A DNA stretch of 64,000 nt, from assembly GCA_028534125.1 (NCBI GenBank), contig CM052817.1:76138001-76202000 (forward strand), given 5' to 3'. The notes beneath the pieces were generated by a model, which worked only from the letters and a program-made list of their open reading frames with translations, had not been told where the DNA came from and made no database searches. A program made the position numbers and the translations under genes. The DNA is from Lama glama (taxonomy: Eukaryota). The stretch's first letter is position 1, and every line of letters starts with the position of its first letter. Below are positions 25,400 through 38,990 of this stretch, in pieces.

Positions 25400-27155
25400 A
25401 CACATATTTTCCTTATAGGAAAACAAAATATTCAATACCCAACTATATAAAATTTGCAATATCGGAATCTAATCAAAGATTACCAGGCTCGCAAGGAAGC
25501 TGGAAAATAAGAGCTTTAGTGAGGAGAAAAGGCAACGAGAGCAATCAGTGTAAACAGACCCGAAACTGATACACATGTTAGAATTAACAAACAAGAATCT
25601 TAAATGTTATTGTGTTTATATGTGCTCAAAAAGGTAAACAGAAATATAGACGATACAGAAGAGACTAAAAGCAAACTTTTAGAGATTAAATGTACAATGT
25701 GTGAGATAAAAAACATGCTAGTTGGGATAAATAATAAGAAACTGCAGAAAGAAAGGGTAGTGAACTTGAAGACAAAGCAATAGAAATTATCCAAAACAAA
25801 TCGCAGAAAGAAAAAACAATTGTCATAGTAAAAAATTATGAGTGTGCAGTGGGTAAACTTCAAACATTTTAATATACATGTAACTGGAGTCTTCATAGAA
25901 ACAAAGTGGGGGCAGGTGGAAATGTTTGAAGAAATGATGATGGAATATTTTAAACATTTGTCAAAAAATATAAACCCACAGATCCGAGATGCTCAAACAG
26001 TATATAGATGAGAAAAATTTCACCAAGCACATCATAACATCATAATTTGATTGCTCAAAACCAGTGATAAACGGAAAATCTTAGAAAAAGACAAGGCACA
26101 GAGGAACAAAGATAAGGATGGCAGCACATTTCTCACCAGAAACATGAGCCAAGAGACAGTGGGAAATAGTCTTAAAATGGGAAAGAAAAGTCAAAATATC
26201 AAGCTATATTTCATACCCAGACAAATATATTTCAATAGTCAATATAAAATAAAGACTTTTCAGGCATACAAAAGTTGAAATAATTAATCACCAGTTGTTC
26301 TGCACTATAAGAAAAGTTAAAGAATAATTGTCACAGAAAATTTTAACACTAGATGCACACACGCATTGTGGTACAGAAGTAAAGAACATCAAAAACGATA
26401 ACAACATGGGTGAACATAAAAGCTGGTTTGCTTATTATTTAAATTTCTTTAATAGATGATTGACTCTTTAAACAAAAATTATAATGCATTATGGGGTCTA
26501 TACCTAATGTATTTGTAAAATTCATAAGACATATAGAATAGAGATGGGGTTATAATAAATATTTGCAGGTACTAAGTACTGTATATAAAACAGATAAACA
26601 GCAAGGTCCTACTGTGTAGCACAGGAAACTATATTCAGTACCTTGTAATAGCCTATAATGAGAAAGAATATGAAAAGGAATATATATATATATGTATAAC
26701 TGAATCACTATGCTGTACACCAGAAATTAACACAACATTGTAAACTAACTATACTTCAATAAAAAAATAAAATATATGTATTTATTGAAGGGTTTTTATA
26801 ATATACATGAAATTATATAAAATCAGTTAAAGTAGGGTGATGATAGTTTAAAGATGTATACTACAAACCTTTTAAAGTAATCTCTAAAATAATTTTTTAA
26901 AAAATTAGCCAAAAGCCAACAAAAGGGAGACAATGAAAAAAAAAACTCAATTCAAAAGAATGCAAAATAAACAACAGATGGAACAAAGAGAAAACAAATA
27001 TCAAGATGATAGACTTAAATATAACAATACCAATTATCATATTAAAAGTAAATGGTGTTAAACATCCCTATTAAAGGTAGATACTTTCAGATTAGATTAA
27101 AAAAAAAAAGAAAGAAAGAAAAGCAAGCCCCAACTCTGTGCTGCCTACAAGAGAT
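25400..27155 (+). mobile_element. Old L1 fragment (ORF1 to start of ORF2)
   Basis: gtgaacttgaagacaaagcaatagaaattatccaaa; taaacccacagatccgagatgctcaa; ORF2 start aattatcatattaaaagtaaatggt...ctgtgctgcctacaagaga. Confidence 0.8.
26555..26772 (+). mobile_element. Lineage-type L1 3' end nested in old L1
   Basis: tatataaaacagataaacagcaaggtcctactgtgtagcacagg...atacttcaataaaaaaataaaa. Confidence 0.88.
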
Positions 27156-27596
27156 GCACAGGACATGAGGACCAAAGATAATTAAAGCACAAGTGAACCT
27201 GATTAGCCTGAGAAACATATGAATTTCTGGGCCTAAATTTAAGTACTTATAATGGAGGTAGATTAATTTGTAGGAAAAAGTTTGTGAATTTAAGAAAAAT
27301 TTCACCCAATGGTCTAAACATTTCCCCTTAATCTGAGTACAAGTCCAGGTCAGCTGTTAGAGTAGGAGTTATATAAAGAGGTTTAAAACAGGAAAAGATT
27401 AGAGATAGTTACGAAAGTTGGTGAAGGACAAATGGAAAGATGGAGGATACTGGGGATTCAGGTGGAGCTGGAGGACATGAACTCAGAATGGCATTAACCC
27501 GTACATGTGTGTTTCTCTCTGGGAGGTTTCAGATTGCCCCATGGTAGGAGTGAAAATGAAGCATAGCATTTATTCCAACTTTAAATATTTTAAAAT

Positions 27597-27800
27597 TGTT
27601 TCTTCTTTCTTTTCTTATTCCATTTCTTTCTCTGACCTTGTTCCTTCCTTCCATATTTCTTTTTTTCTCTTTATTTACTTCCCTCTTATTTCCTCTTCAT
27701 TTTCTTCCCTTCTTTATTTCCTGCCCCTTTTGTCTTTTCTCATTCTTTCCTTCTCTCTTTTCTTGCCTCCTTCTTTCTTGGTCCTTCCCTTTTTCACCCA
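27597..27800. repeat. Pyrimidine-rich (CT) low-complexity tract
   Basis: About 200 nt almost entirely T/C; explains the F/S/L-rich ORFs here. Confidence 0.85.
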
Positions 27801-28317
27801 TTTTGCATACATTTCTGTGCCAGGTATTGTGATAAATGCATATGATAACTTTTGTATGTATATACAATATTAAAAACTAACAAAAGTGTTGTCACCAGCC
27901 TACTGGTCATGATGTGATTAAAGCTTTCACAATACCAAGTGATATAACTGGAGCATTTCTTTGAGTTTCTGACAGGTGTAGCACAAGTGCGGTTCAGATT
28001 TTCAGGAAGTAGTCTGTGGAAGCCAGCGAATTAATTGTACCAGTATTTCCTTCATTGATCCATCTACTAGAATTAATAAGCGGAAATGTTAATTGCAGAG
28101 ATAGCTCTAATCAAGTAAGAGGCTTGTATGAAGGAATATTCATGCTTTACTCAAAACAGAATCGAAACTATTTTTAGTTCAGTTCTAGTCTGAGATCTTT
28201 GACTTACATGAAAATTCAAAGATAAATTCGTATCAGTTTATGCTTTTATAGTGAACTATCTAATCTCACCTAATATGTGAAGTAAGATGGATTAATTTTA
28301 ATTTTTTTCTTTCTATA

Positions 28318-28912
28318 CTAGTCAGATTTATAAAATGGCCCTTTTGAGATGTCTTACCCTAAATCCAGGACTATAAGTGTAAGAAATCATGACATCATTA
28401 TGTTGTGTTAACATGGGAAGATATTTTGGGAGACACTGAGTTAATCAAAGGAAATTCATCTTAGTGGGTCTAATCTAATTACATGACCCATTTAAAAGTG
28501 GAGCGTTTTCTCAGTCTGATAGCAATAGGGGAAATGGAGGTTTTCTAAATGAGATCAAGATTTGCTTTGAGGATGGGGGAGCCACATAGTAAACAACCTG
28601 AAAACAGCTCCTAGGAGCTGAGAGTTATCCTTGATTGACAGCCAGCAAGAAAAAAGACCTTCATTCCAGAACTATAAGAAACTGGATACTTCCAACAATC
28701 TGAATGCATTTGGAAGATGATTCTTCCCCTCTGCTCCCAAGTAAAAGCCCCTTTCTGGCTAACACTTGATTTTGGCCTTGTGTGACCCTAAGCAGAGAAT
28801 CTAAGCAAGTCTGCCTGGACCTCTGACCTACAGAACTGTGAGCGAATAAATGGATTTTGTTTGAAGTTGTTCAGTTTGTGGTAATTTGGTGTGGTAGCGA
28901 AGAAAACCAGTA
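28318..28912 (+). mobile_element. MaLR solo LTR, MLT1D/E/F-like
   Basis: aaatggccc start; tgacagccagcaagaaa; ccctaagcagagaa; ctctgacctacagaactgtgag...aataaatgg; tttgtggtaatttg end. Confidence 0.85.
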
Positions 28913-29389
28913 AAGGTTTCTTTTGAATTTGAGGGTGTTAGTGTAGTCTACAACTATTTTCAAAGACATAAAACAAAAGAAAAAGCCAATATACAAATTC
29001 ACCCAGAAAACAAAACCATTTATTTAATACTTGACAAATAAATCAAAATCATTGTCATTTTAATCAATGTTTCTGCCTCTCCAATATCCTAATTTTATTA
29101 GAAAAGGATTATTGAACAACAAAGAAGAGTATTTTCCTTAGATAAATTAGTAAATTTAATAAGTCACATACTTCATCAATGTTGTAAAAGCAAGCAATAC
29201 TTATTAAACAACTATTGTGAAAGACACTACACTAGTTGCCACTGAGATGTTATAAAATTTTCAAAGACATTACTATTTGGAGATGACATCCTTAGGGCAT
29301 TTTCTAAGAGAAGCTCATTTTGGAATTCTCCCTATGGTCGCTGGTTGATTTTTCAAAAATTGGGCTTCCCAGAATAAACCGACCAATAG

Positions 29390-30130
29390 CTCCCCAATAG
29401 GTTAAAGATGACATCCAAATTCTTTAAAATAGAGACTGTGGAATGAGCTTCCCCTGACTTAGCTTTCCAATCTTCTGTTTCCACTGCTGCACTGCCCCCC
29501 TCCCCACCCCAACACACAATCTATGTCCCAGGCAAACTAAATTATTTCCTTTTCTTATACAACATAATTTTTCCTCACATACAGTTACTTCTATATGCTG
29601 TTCACACTGCCTGAATGTTCTTGTCTCAATTTGTCTGGCTAATTATTTTATCAAATCTTAGTTTATACTGAACTCCTACAGGTTAGCCTTCCCTTACCCC
29701 CCAGATCTCAATTTAAGACAAAGACTTATGTGATGAATGTAGGACCTAGTTCTTTCCTTTTCAAAGTACACATCTCAGAGTATTGAAGTAATGATTATAA
29801 CTTGATAACTGACTTTATTTTGCAGAAAGATTTTAAGTCTCATGAAAACTTATATTAGGTCTACTTTTCTAGTATTTAATACTTAGAGCTGATAATATTT
29901 TAGCAGATATTAACTACTAAGTAGATGTTTATTTAATCAATGGGATGAGAGTTGAAGAATAATTAAGAGTTATCCAAGTGAAGAATAGGACGGAGGGCTT
30001 TTCAAGCAAAAGGGACATAGTGAAGAAACAATGGAGGTAAGAAAGTGTGATGTGTATTGTAAACCACAAGGAGAAAGAGGGAAAATGATACAGCAAATGA
30101 GACAAGTGGAGAAGTTATGGTGTGTCTGAT
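29390..30130. mobile_element. Degraded LINE-2 fragments (+ then -)
   Basis: catccaaattcttt; tatgctgttcacactgcctgaatgttctt; ccttcccttacccccca; then caagcaaaagggacatag. Confidence 0.5.
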
Positions 30131-30960
30131 TCTAATGATTCTTGCAAATTTTCTTTTCCTTTGAAATTATTTGGCAATAAAATTAATAAATTATTTGGAA
30201 CTGCACGTGAAATTGGACTTAAATACCAAAAAGTAAAGAGAAACACCTAGACCTTGGCTTTGTAAAAAGTTACATACGACAGGCTTTTAAAAAATTACAC
30301 TTTTCAACTTCTTCATCAAGAGCTCATTTATACTCACTATTGTTTATTTGTTTTTTTTCCCTTTCCTTTTGGTTCTGAAATTTTGGATCTTTGTATTATC
30401 TCACAAAGTCTTCTACACAGACTGGAACATTATGAATGTTTATTCATGATGTTATTTAATGCAGATTTTGTTATTGATTGTTCTACTGAACACTGTCTGG
30501 CAATATAAAACAGGCAATATTTATAACATCACAGCTATGCTATACCTTGGTTTCCTAATTAAATAAAAAAGTTATATTAGTGTCCTCAACCTGCCTTCCC
30601 AAGCAAATGAAATTTAATTAAAGAATATCAATAGTACTAAACCCTGAGCAAATAGATTCATTCTCTAAAGTCCAATAGTTTTTTATAGAAATTGACTTAT
30701 CTTTTCCTGTGATATATCAGGTTCAAAAAGAACAATTTCAAAATGTGTAGTTGAATGAGAAGAAGCTTTGATGAAGACTTGGATGTGTTTTGTTTTTACT
30801 AAAGACAGCAGCTGAAAAGATCCTATTGAAAGAAACTTACACATCAAAAATTAAGAAATTATTCAGATCTTGAACATTACATTTAATATCAAATACTCCA
30901 GAATATGTTAAGTCAACATATTCTTTTCTCAAACTGCTGATATGATCAGAGTATGATTTA

Positions 30961-31090
30961 TGACTTTTTAATTATTGGGGTTTTTTTAAATTATGTTCAT
31001 TTATATTTAGTGGAGGTACTGGGGACTGAACCCAGGATCTTGTGCATGCTAAGCATGCACTCTACTACTTGAGCTAAACCTACCCCCCAA
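30961..31090 (-). mobile_element. tRNA-Ala(AGC)-derived SINE (camelid vic-1-like) with target-site duplication
   Basis: Reverse complement tagctcaagtagtagagtgcatgcttagcatgcacaagatcctgggttcagtccccagtacctcca resembles tRNA-Ala-AGC (A box, TTAGCAT loop, B box), followed by an A-rich tail; 12-bp direct repeat gagtatgattta at 30949-30960 and 31101-31112. Confidence 0.88.
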
Positions 31091-32869
31091 GCCTTGACTG
31101 GAGTATGATTTAAAATGCTAGTTGTATAAATAACATAGCAGGCGGTAAGTAGACAATACTGACTCAAATATATTCATTTTGATTTCTTTAGAACTTGGGA
31201 GAAGAGTGAAAAATAGACCTTTGTGATTTGCCTAATAAAATGCCATCATTTTAGACAAGTGAATTATTTCAGTAGGCTGACACAGTAAATTGATTTTTTT
31301 AGCAGGGCATGCTTCTTTTAGAAATATTGTTTTGTTTTGAAAAAAGAAAAAGATTTTAAAGAAATCTATGGCTATGGTTTTGTTTTTCTTCACTTTGCAA
31401 GCAAGATATTTTTTTAACGTGTAGTTCTTCATAGAAAAATACATTTAGTTAATCTTCATCTGTGTTTACACAACTGCATTATTAGTTTATATACAACCTG
31501 GAAAAGCTTTACAGATGTTTGATATCAAGAACAAATTTATGAGTTTGTGTTTTATTTTCTCCTGAGGCATTCAAATCTTTAGACGCTATGAAATATAATT
31601 TGTGCTTCATGACAGTGATTGTTATTCTTTAATTTATTAACAGGATTTAATGACTATATGTCTAATTTTTCCTTTTTCCTGGGCAAAGTAAAAATGGTAA
31701 AATGTATTCAGTGACCTATTCATTATCTTTTCAACTTTACCACATTTGTTATTTATACATCAAAACTGCCCCATGCTAAGGAACATAATGCCTTTTTTTG
31801 TTATACCAAAGTTACCGATAATATTTTAAAATATTAACATATTTAAAATTGTAAAGGCAATGATAAAACAATTTTTTTGTAGCCCCTGTAAAAGAGAAAC
31901 TGGGCCTTGAAGTAGGATAAGAATACCTTCTTCCCTTTGAAAACCTCAGCCCCCTTGTCACATATGGTCACACATGGAGATGGGTGTTTTTCCTCAGGCA
32001 GATAAACTGTTTTTTTACAGTAAAGGCAGGACTAATTGAGTTGTTCTATTTGGTAAGGGTCCATCTTACAGTTGCCATATTGTAAGATGGAGCTAAAAGT
32101 AATTCCTTATTAAAAAATGACTTGAAAATAATGTCCTAGTCATCACATAATTAATGTCTAAAATTGTTGGGGTAGGAAAACTGTGTTACTCACACTATTG
32201 AATGAATTTAATAAATGACTCATTTAGCATCTTCAAACATTTTAAGCAATGGCCACAATAACTTGAAAAAAGCAGAAGGCATATAAGCATTATACCTAGA
32301 GAAGTTCTTACTATGTAGAATTTCTTAAAGTAGATATTCTTAAAGATACTACGGAAGTTGACTCAGTATGTTCCCTGAAAACAAAGTCTGTTTTATTTTA
32401 TTGCGGGAAAAAGTTTTAGATGTATTTGCGAGTATGATTACAATGGAAACGTTCTCACAGATTCTTAGTGAAGCACTGCAACATCATGATCACTATCCAA
32501 GGCGCAGAGAGATTAAGAAGCAAAAGAAACTCATGGGCTTAGGCGATTAAAAGTCTGATCTTTGGATTGATAGTAGAGCTATTTTTTTTATCTTTCATAA
32601 ATTATTGAGAATGGGTAAGTTGTAAAAACATCCAAAATGGACAAATCCTGTCCTAATTTTCACAAAGGAGAAAAAAACCCTGTGTAGTGAAGAATACAGA
32701 TTAGAAAATTTATAAATTTCTAGACTATATTACTTGACTTTGAGGCAATGTCTTAAATAGAGGAATTCAAAATTTCTACATCATAGTTTCATTGCTCCAG
32801 CAAAATATTTTCATTTAATTAAATTATTTTTTTAACTTTTCACACACATGCAATGGTTAGCATATTTTA

Positions 32870-33950
32870 TGGTATATCACCATTGATGTTAACGCTGATC
32901 ACCTCGCTGAGCTAGTGATTGTCAAGTTTCCCCACTGTGAAGTTACTCTTTTACTGACCTGCATAGTGTACTCTTCAAAAAAAAGTCATGTGCAGCCTAT
33001 GATTAAAGACTGGAGGGTTATTTGTCACCACTTTGAAGAGATAGTATTCATACAAGTTATTTGGAATTCTTCTCTGGGAAAAATGGAACATTAGTCTGTT
33101 CCTTCCTATTCGTTTAGTAATTCAATCATTTGTATCAGTATGAATTCATGGATATTTATTTTATACTGGGCTATAATCCAATATTATTTAATTAATTTGT
33201 TACTCAAATTATTCTAGCACTCACCCTGAGTAGCAAAAAGGATTCTATTCAAATTTCCTCATGTGTCCTTTTGACATATTCCTCATTGTGGTATTTTGTT
33301 TGGTTTGATTTTGTTGTTACTGTTTTCATTGTCTGTTTGCTGTGTACTTTCTTACTCTCTGGCACAAAATGATGCCCAGGGTCATTTGGTACAGTCCCTG
33401 ACCAGTCTTAGAATTAGCTGCTTCTCCAAGGAGCCCTGGTTCCTTTATTGGAGAATGGTTTTAGGAACCAAGGTCCAGAACTATATGCTTATTGCTACTG
33501 ATACTTTTACTATTAGGCCTTCTCAACCAACAGAACAAGGAAATATATGTGTACGTGTACACATAAATGTATATAATAAACCCTATGTACACATGTGTAT
33601 CTGCATATGTTTATAATATGTTTATGTATAATCATTTATATCTATATTAAGTGTAAGTTCCTCTGTTCTCCAATTCTAATCCATTGCCACATGGATCATT
33701 CCAGCCTTTTCTCCTGGTTTGTATGTAACCTCTCTATCTACTCTAAGAAACTTGACTCTCATTATCCACCAACCATTTATTTAATTGTTCAATTCCAGTA
33801 TATATACATATACAATTGTTTCAAAATTATTCACTTGTCCACACACAGAAACCAACTTTATCAGCCAGAGTACAGTGCTTATGTACAATTCTTCCTGCTT
33901 TTAATGTTACAGACTCTGTTCATTTCCACAATGGTTTCTCTTCCACTTAC
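32870..33950 (-). mobile_element. Old L1 3' UTR (L1MC/L1MD-like)
   Basis: tgatgttaacgctgatcacct...cactgtgaagttact; ttctccaaggagccctggttcctttattggagaatgg. Confidence 0.75.
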
Positions 33951-33984
33951 ACCGGCCAGAGCCATGAGATCTTTTTTTGAATAT

Positions 33985-34332
33985 TCATTCTGAGGATTTG
34001 CTGAGGTTCCTGGAGGTGATCCATAATCCACGTGAAGACCTGTAAGACTGTGTTGCCCAAGATCTGCTCATTATCATACTAGTCTACAATCATCCTCCAG
34101 CAATTCCTTAGTCTATCCATTTATGCTTTCCTACCTATTATATAGCTCCAATGTCTTCTGCTCTAGGTAAGCAGATCTCAATAATTCTCTCTCTCTGCAT
34201 TTGCCTGTCTCTCCAGATTCCAGGGTGATCCAAGAAACAGAATCAGTTTTCCAGTTTTTTCAGCTCTCTATTGTTGTAAGGACCAGAGTGGTGATATCTA
34301 AGGGCTCCATGTTAGAGCTGAAACTGGAAGTT
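33985..34332 (-). mobile_element. Old L1 5' end
   Basis: Reverse complement begins acttccagtttcagctctaacatg...ccttacaacaa; shares ctgctc(t)aggtaagcag(a/g)tctca with 56570-56945. Confidence 0.6.
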
Positions 34333-34999
34333 GAATGGAAATTTGAATAGAATCCTTTTTGCTATGAATGTTAGATAGCTGAAGAAGGAAAAATTATTCC
34401 TCATAGAGACACCACTCATCAATTAAAGATACTTAGATTGTCATTTTTATACTTTAGAAACTTTAATAAGTCATGAAAACTTTGATCATAGTGATTAGTT
34501 TCTTGAGTAATCCAAGGTTTGCTGGTTGGCTCTTTTTATCATTCTGGGATGTTTCCTTAGAGTGTATTTGATATTTTGCACTTATACATCTATTTACATT
34601 GCTGTTCTTCTGATCTTGTCACAACTGACTTCCTGCCTGATATCTTTATTTTCTTCACATATGTTCTGCATTCAACTATTTCATGTTTTTCTGTACTTCC
34701 CTTCTGGCTCTCCCTTGGAGAGAAAGAGATGGTAAATAAAACTTCTCACCTTCAGGGTCTCACCTCTTCAAGGGTAGTGAATTGCTATCTTCTCAGGCAA
34801 CAGTTTTACTAAAAGCAACAGGTTTCTTCCTCCCTCTTTTTTATTTATGCTTTTTCAAATTCTGAGGAAGCATGATTTCTAGAGCATGGTCACTGACTAT
34901 GGCACTTACATTCTTAGTATAGAAACTGCTTCAGAAGAGCAGAGTATCCGCTCCTTTCTAATCTTCCACTTCATCTCAGTTTGATTCAAAAAGTTAAAC

Positions 35000-35235
35000 A
35001 ATGCAAATGTCGATTGACAGACAACTGGATAAAGAAGATACATACACACACACACATATACACACATTGGAATACTACTCAGCCATAAAAAAGACTAAAA
35101 CAATGCCATTTGTAGTAACATGGATGGACCTGGAGATCGTCATTCTAAGTGAAGTAAGCCAGAAAGAGAAAGAAAAATACCATGTGATATCACTTATATG
35201 TGGAATCTTAAAAAAAAAAAGGACACAAATAAACT
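35000..35235 (+). mobile_element. L1 fragment (ORF2 C-terminus / start of 3' UTR)
   Basis: ggaatactactcagccataaaaaag; acatggatggacctggagat; ORF 35001 reads LEYYSAIKK...TWMDLEIVILSEVSQ, the L1 ORF2 C-terminal motif. Confidence 0.9.
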
Positions 35236-36364
35236 ACTTATTATTTATAATCTGGATGACTGATTTCTTGAATATGTGTAAGCACATTTGACTGTCCTTT
35301 ATGATTGGATTACTGCATTCTGTTGATTCTTATTTTGTGGTTGGCTTTATTCCTTTGATAACTACATGTGCTTAAAAAGCTGTAGTCTAAACTGTTCTTA
35401 AAAACAATAAACAGTACATATATGTAAATTTTAAAACAGTTTTATCCCTCAATGAGTTGCTCTTCCTAGAATAAACTTTATTTACCAAAAAAAAAATTTA
35501 GTGACTGAAATCAGTGTTGTATGTTGTTTCAGATTTCAGCAATTAAGGCTCAGGGAAGATCATATCAGTTGCAAGATTATATCACTGGTTCAGCAGAAGA
35601 CCTCGAAGTTGGAGACTGATAGCAACTGTCCACCACAATGGAAGTATCTGCACAATGACAGACCACCACCTCTTAGGACAGTATTTTACATTTAATAATG
35701 TAGATTTGAGTACATAACTATAGTATCTAGAGAAAGAAGTTGATGTCTAAGACTTTTTAAAGTACTTGGTCTCTTAGAATAACAACTACTATCTACTTAA
35801 CTTATTATCTGAAACAAAATTTTGGAGTCTTGGAGATGGTAGATATTCTATATCTTGTTTTCATTTGCTGTACTAGGAATAATTTACAGGAAAAAGTTAA
35901 AAGATGTGACCAAACCAGACTGATTTTTAAAAAAATTTAAAATGCATTTTATTTCTCATTTACCAACAGAGACTAAGAATAGCATAAAGAAAAAGAAAAT
36001 AGAAAGCACCGTTAAAACGGATGTTTCCTATGGGCTATGAATTCACATCAGTACAAATGAAAAGACCACGCTTTTCTGATTACACCGAAATGCTGTGACT
36101 CATGCACATACTTCCTCACTTTGTCTTGCCTTTCTACTTTCTTCTCTTATTTCAGCTCATTTTAAATCTACTTCACATATGTATAAAGGGAAAGTAATGT
36201 TATTACTGCCTTTACAAATTTTCTTCTAAGCAGTTTAATCTGAGTATCAAACAGTAAACTTTACACTCAAACCCTCACCTCCCCCTATTTTTGTATATTA
36301 CACACTGAAATTGCCCACATCTTTCATCTCCAGGATAGACTCATAAGTGTCATGAAGATTCAGA

Positions 36365-36586
36365 AAGGTTTGCAGATACTGATATATTAAAACATAGATA
36401 AATAACAAGTTCATACTGTATAGCACAGGGAACTATATTCAATATCTTATAGTAACTTATGGTGAAAGAATATGAAAATGAGTATGTGTATGCTCTTATA
36501 TGACTGACGTGTTGTGCTGTACACCAGAAATTGACACAACATTGTAAACCGACTGTACTTCAATAAAAATATATATTTAAAAAAAA
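36365..36586 (+). mobile_element. Lineage-type L1 3' end
   Basis: tttgcagatactga...ctgtatagcacagggaactatattcaatatct...cttcaataaaa. Confidence 0.9.
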
Positions 36587-38552
36587 GCAAAGAAGTACAA
36601 AATTTACATGATGAGTCCTGACCACTGCTCTGTGCTCCAAAGCTATGTTTCCAATTCCCAACAGAACATTTGTTCTGCAATTTATGTGTCTAAACTTGGA
36701 CCACTTTGTGTGGTTAAGAGTAACAATAAAAACTTAACATTTATTGTAGGATATTGAGTTTAGGTATTGTGGGTCTTTGGGTTTGTTGTTTTGGATTCAA
36801 TATTTAAGCCAGTTTCCCCATCTACATAATAAGAAAAATAATACCTGCCTTAGGGTGAAATGGTTGTTCTAACTAATGTGTATAAGTTTTTTGTAAACTG
36901 AAATACATAACACAAATAAAGCCTACAATACATAACTGAAGCTGCCCTCACAACCCATTTAAGAGGCAGAGCATATGCTAGGGATTGTATAATTACTACT
37001 AATTGCCACCTTAACAACAATATTCAATTCTTTTATAATTGACTATAAAATAAATTAGCTTGCTCAGCTGTTAACATATTTTAAATCTGAAATTCAAATC
37101 CATTTCAAGTATAAACATTACCTTTTCTTTTATCTGTACTTTCATACTTGTTTAAAATATAGTAAACTCTATGTAAGCAGAAAACTGATTATGTGTTAAA
37201 GGATACATATTTGTGTCCTTTGTTCTCTGTGTCGCTTGTGTTTAAATTACCGACCAAATATACCTCTAGAGCTCTCAGCTGCACATATGAATTTAGCTGA
37301 GGAGATTTGAAACTGAATTCAAATCTGCTTCACGACATGCTGACCAAATTTCTAAGCCAGTTTAGTTTTGATTATAAAATATTTATTTTTGGTGCCAAAT
37401 GTTGAACATATAAGACACTAAGTTAAGTTTTGAAAATGCTGCTATGGGAAATCAATGGAAGTAAATATGGGATGTCATCATGACATTTTCAACACTCCAT
37501 TGTGTGGTATAATAGAGTTTGGTTACATCTGTGTATAGGCAGTAATTTGTGGGTAAAAAAGGTGGATAAAGATTTCCATAAGATCATAGGCTTAACAATG
37601 AGAATGTGTCTGATTCCCAGGAGAGGTTAAGATTGCTACATTTCAAAGCGTTTGGCTGGACAAAAATGAACTGAGATCAGAGACAGGTATAATCTATGTG
37701 TTTTCTTAATGATGTTCTGTGGTATGATACTTAAAAGAGATTTTTCTTTATCTGCTGTATTTTTATCTACTCAAGCACTATCTCACTGTATTGTAATAAT
37801 TGGCTTATTTATCTTTTTCACCCAATCAAGTTAAAATTTTAAAGATTTAGAGAAAGCTAGGTAAGACATATTTCCCCTTCTTCATTCCAACTACTCAACT
37901 TTTACAAAAGAGGAAAAGAATCACTGTTCCTTGCTTGAAACTCTTTGTTCTTAGCATGACCAAGATAACATGGATTTATTTGTGCATGTTCATTAGCCAA
38001 GCCTGAATTACTGGTGGGGATGTGTCAGAGTCATGTTAGAATAACTGGGAGAATTTGACAGTAATTGTCTTACTCCTCATTGACACGACAGTCCGAAAAT
38101 GTACTTGACCAAACTTGACCAAATGGATTTCCACCCCTTGCTTTCCTATAGTCAAGCAAGAGACAAAGGTGGAATTATTTTTCTTAGGAGTCTTTAAATT
38201 TATTTATTTCCTACTCAAAGAATTTCTATTTCTTGAGAATTTCAGTGTGGAATAAAGGAGAATTATCTGAAAAAATAAATCCAAGTAGGAAAAAAGAGGT
38301 GAATAAGTCAGCTTGGTTTTTTTAATCTTCATCTTAGTATTTTATATACTAAAGACCAGAATCAGACCTAAACTTGTAATTACTCATATTAGATTATAAA
38401 TATACTTTTCTTCTTTATTTGCTAAGGCATATTGGATAAGAACAAGATTAAAAATTTCTGATAGTTTATAACTAATAAAAAAAGCTTGCCTTTTTATGGC
38501 TGAGTAAAAAAATATTACTCAGATTATTTTTATTATTATTATTCATTATTTC

Positions 38553-38990
38553 AAAAGAATGAAATAAAGCCATTTGCAGCAACCTGGGTAGACCTAGAGA
38601 TTATCATATTAATCAAAGTAAGTCAGATAGAGGAAGATAAATATCATATGATATCACTTATATGTGGAATCTAAAAAAAAATGATAAAATCTTATCTACA
38701 AACCAAAAATAGACTCACAGACATAGAAAAAAACTATGGTTACCAAAGGGGAAAGGGCAAGGGAGGGATAAATTGGGAGTTTGAGATTAACAGATACACA
38801 TTACTGTATATAAAATAGACAAACAACAAGGCCCTACTTATAGTACAGGGAACCATATTCAATTTCTTATAATAAGATACAATGGAAAAGAATCTGAAAA
38901 AAATATACATATTTATGTATATGTATAACTGAATTGCTTTGTTGTGCATCTGAAACTAACATTGTGAATCAACTACACTTCAATTAAAAA
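38553..38990 (+). mobile_element. L1 3' end (cetartiodactyl type)
   Basis: aaagaatgaaataaagccatttgcagcaac; atatcacttatatgtggaatctaaaaa; gggataaattgggagtttgagatt; tcaactacacttcaattaaaaa. Confidence 0.9.

Noticed and set aside
27505..27873. Hydrophobic 122-aa membrane-like ORF
   Set aside because: Explained by the CT-rich low-complexity tract.
31006..31088. Functional tRNA-Ala gene
   Set aside because: The acceptor stem and B box are degenerate, and the A-rich tail and TSD indicate a SINE.
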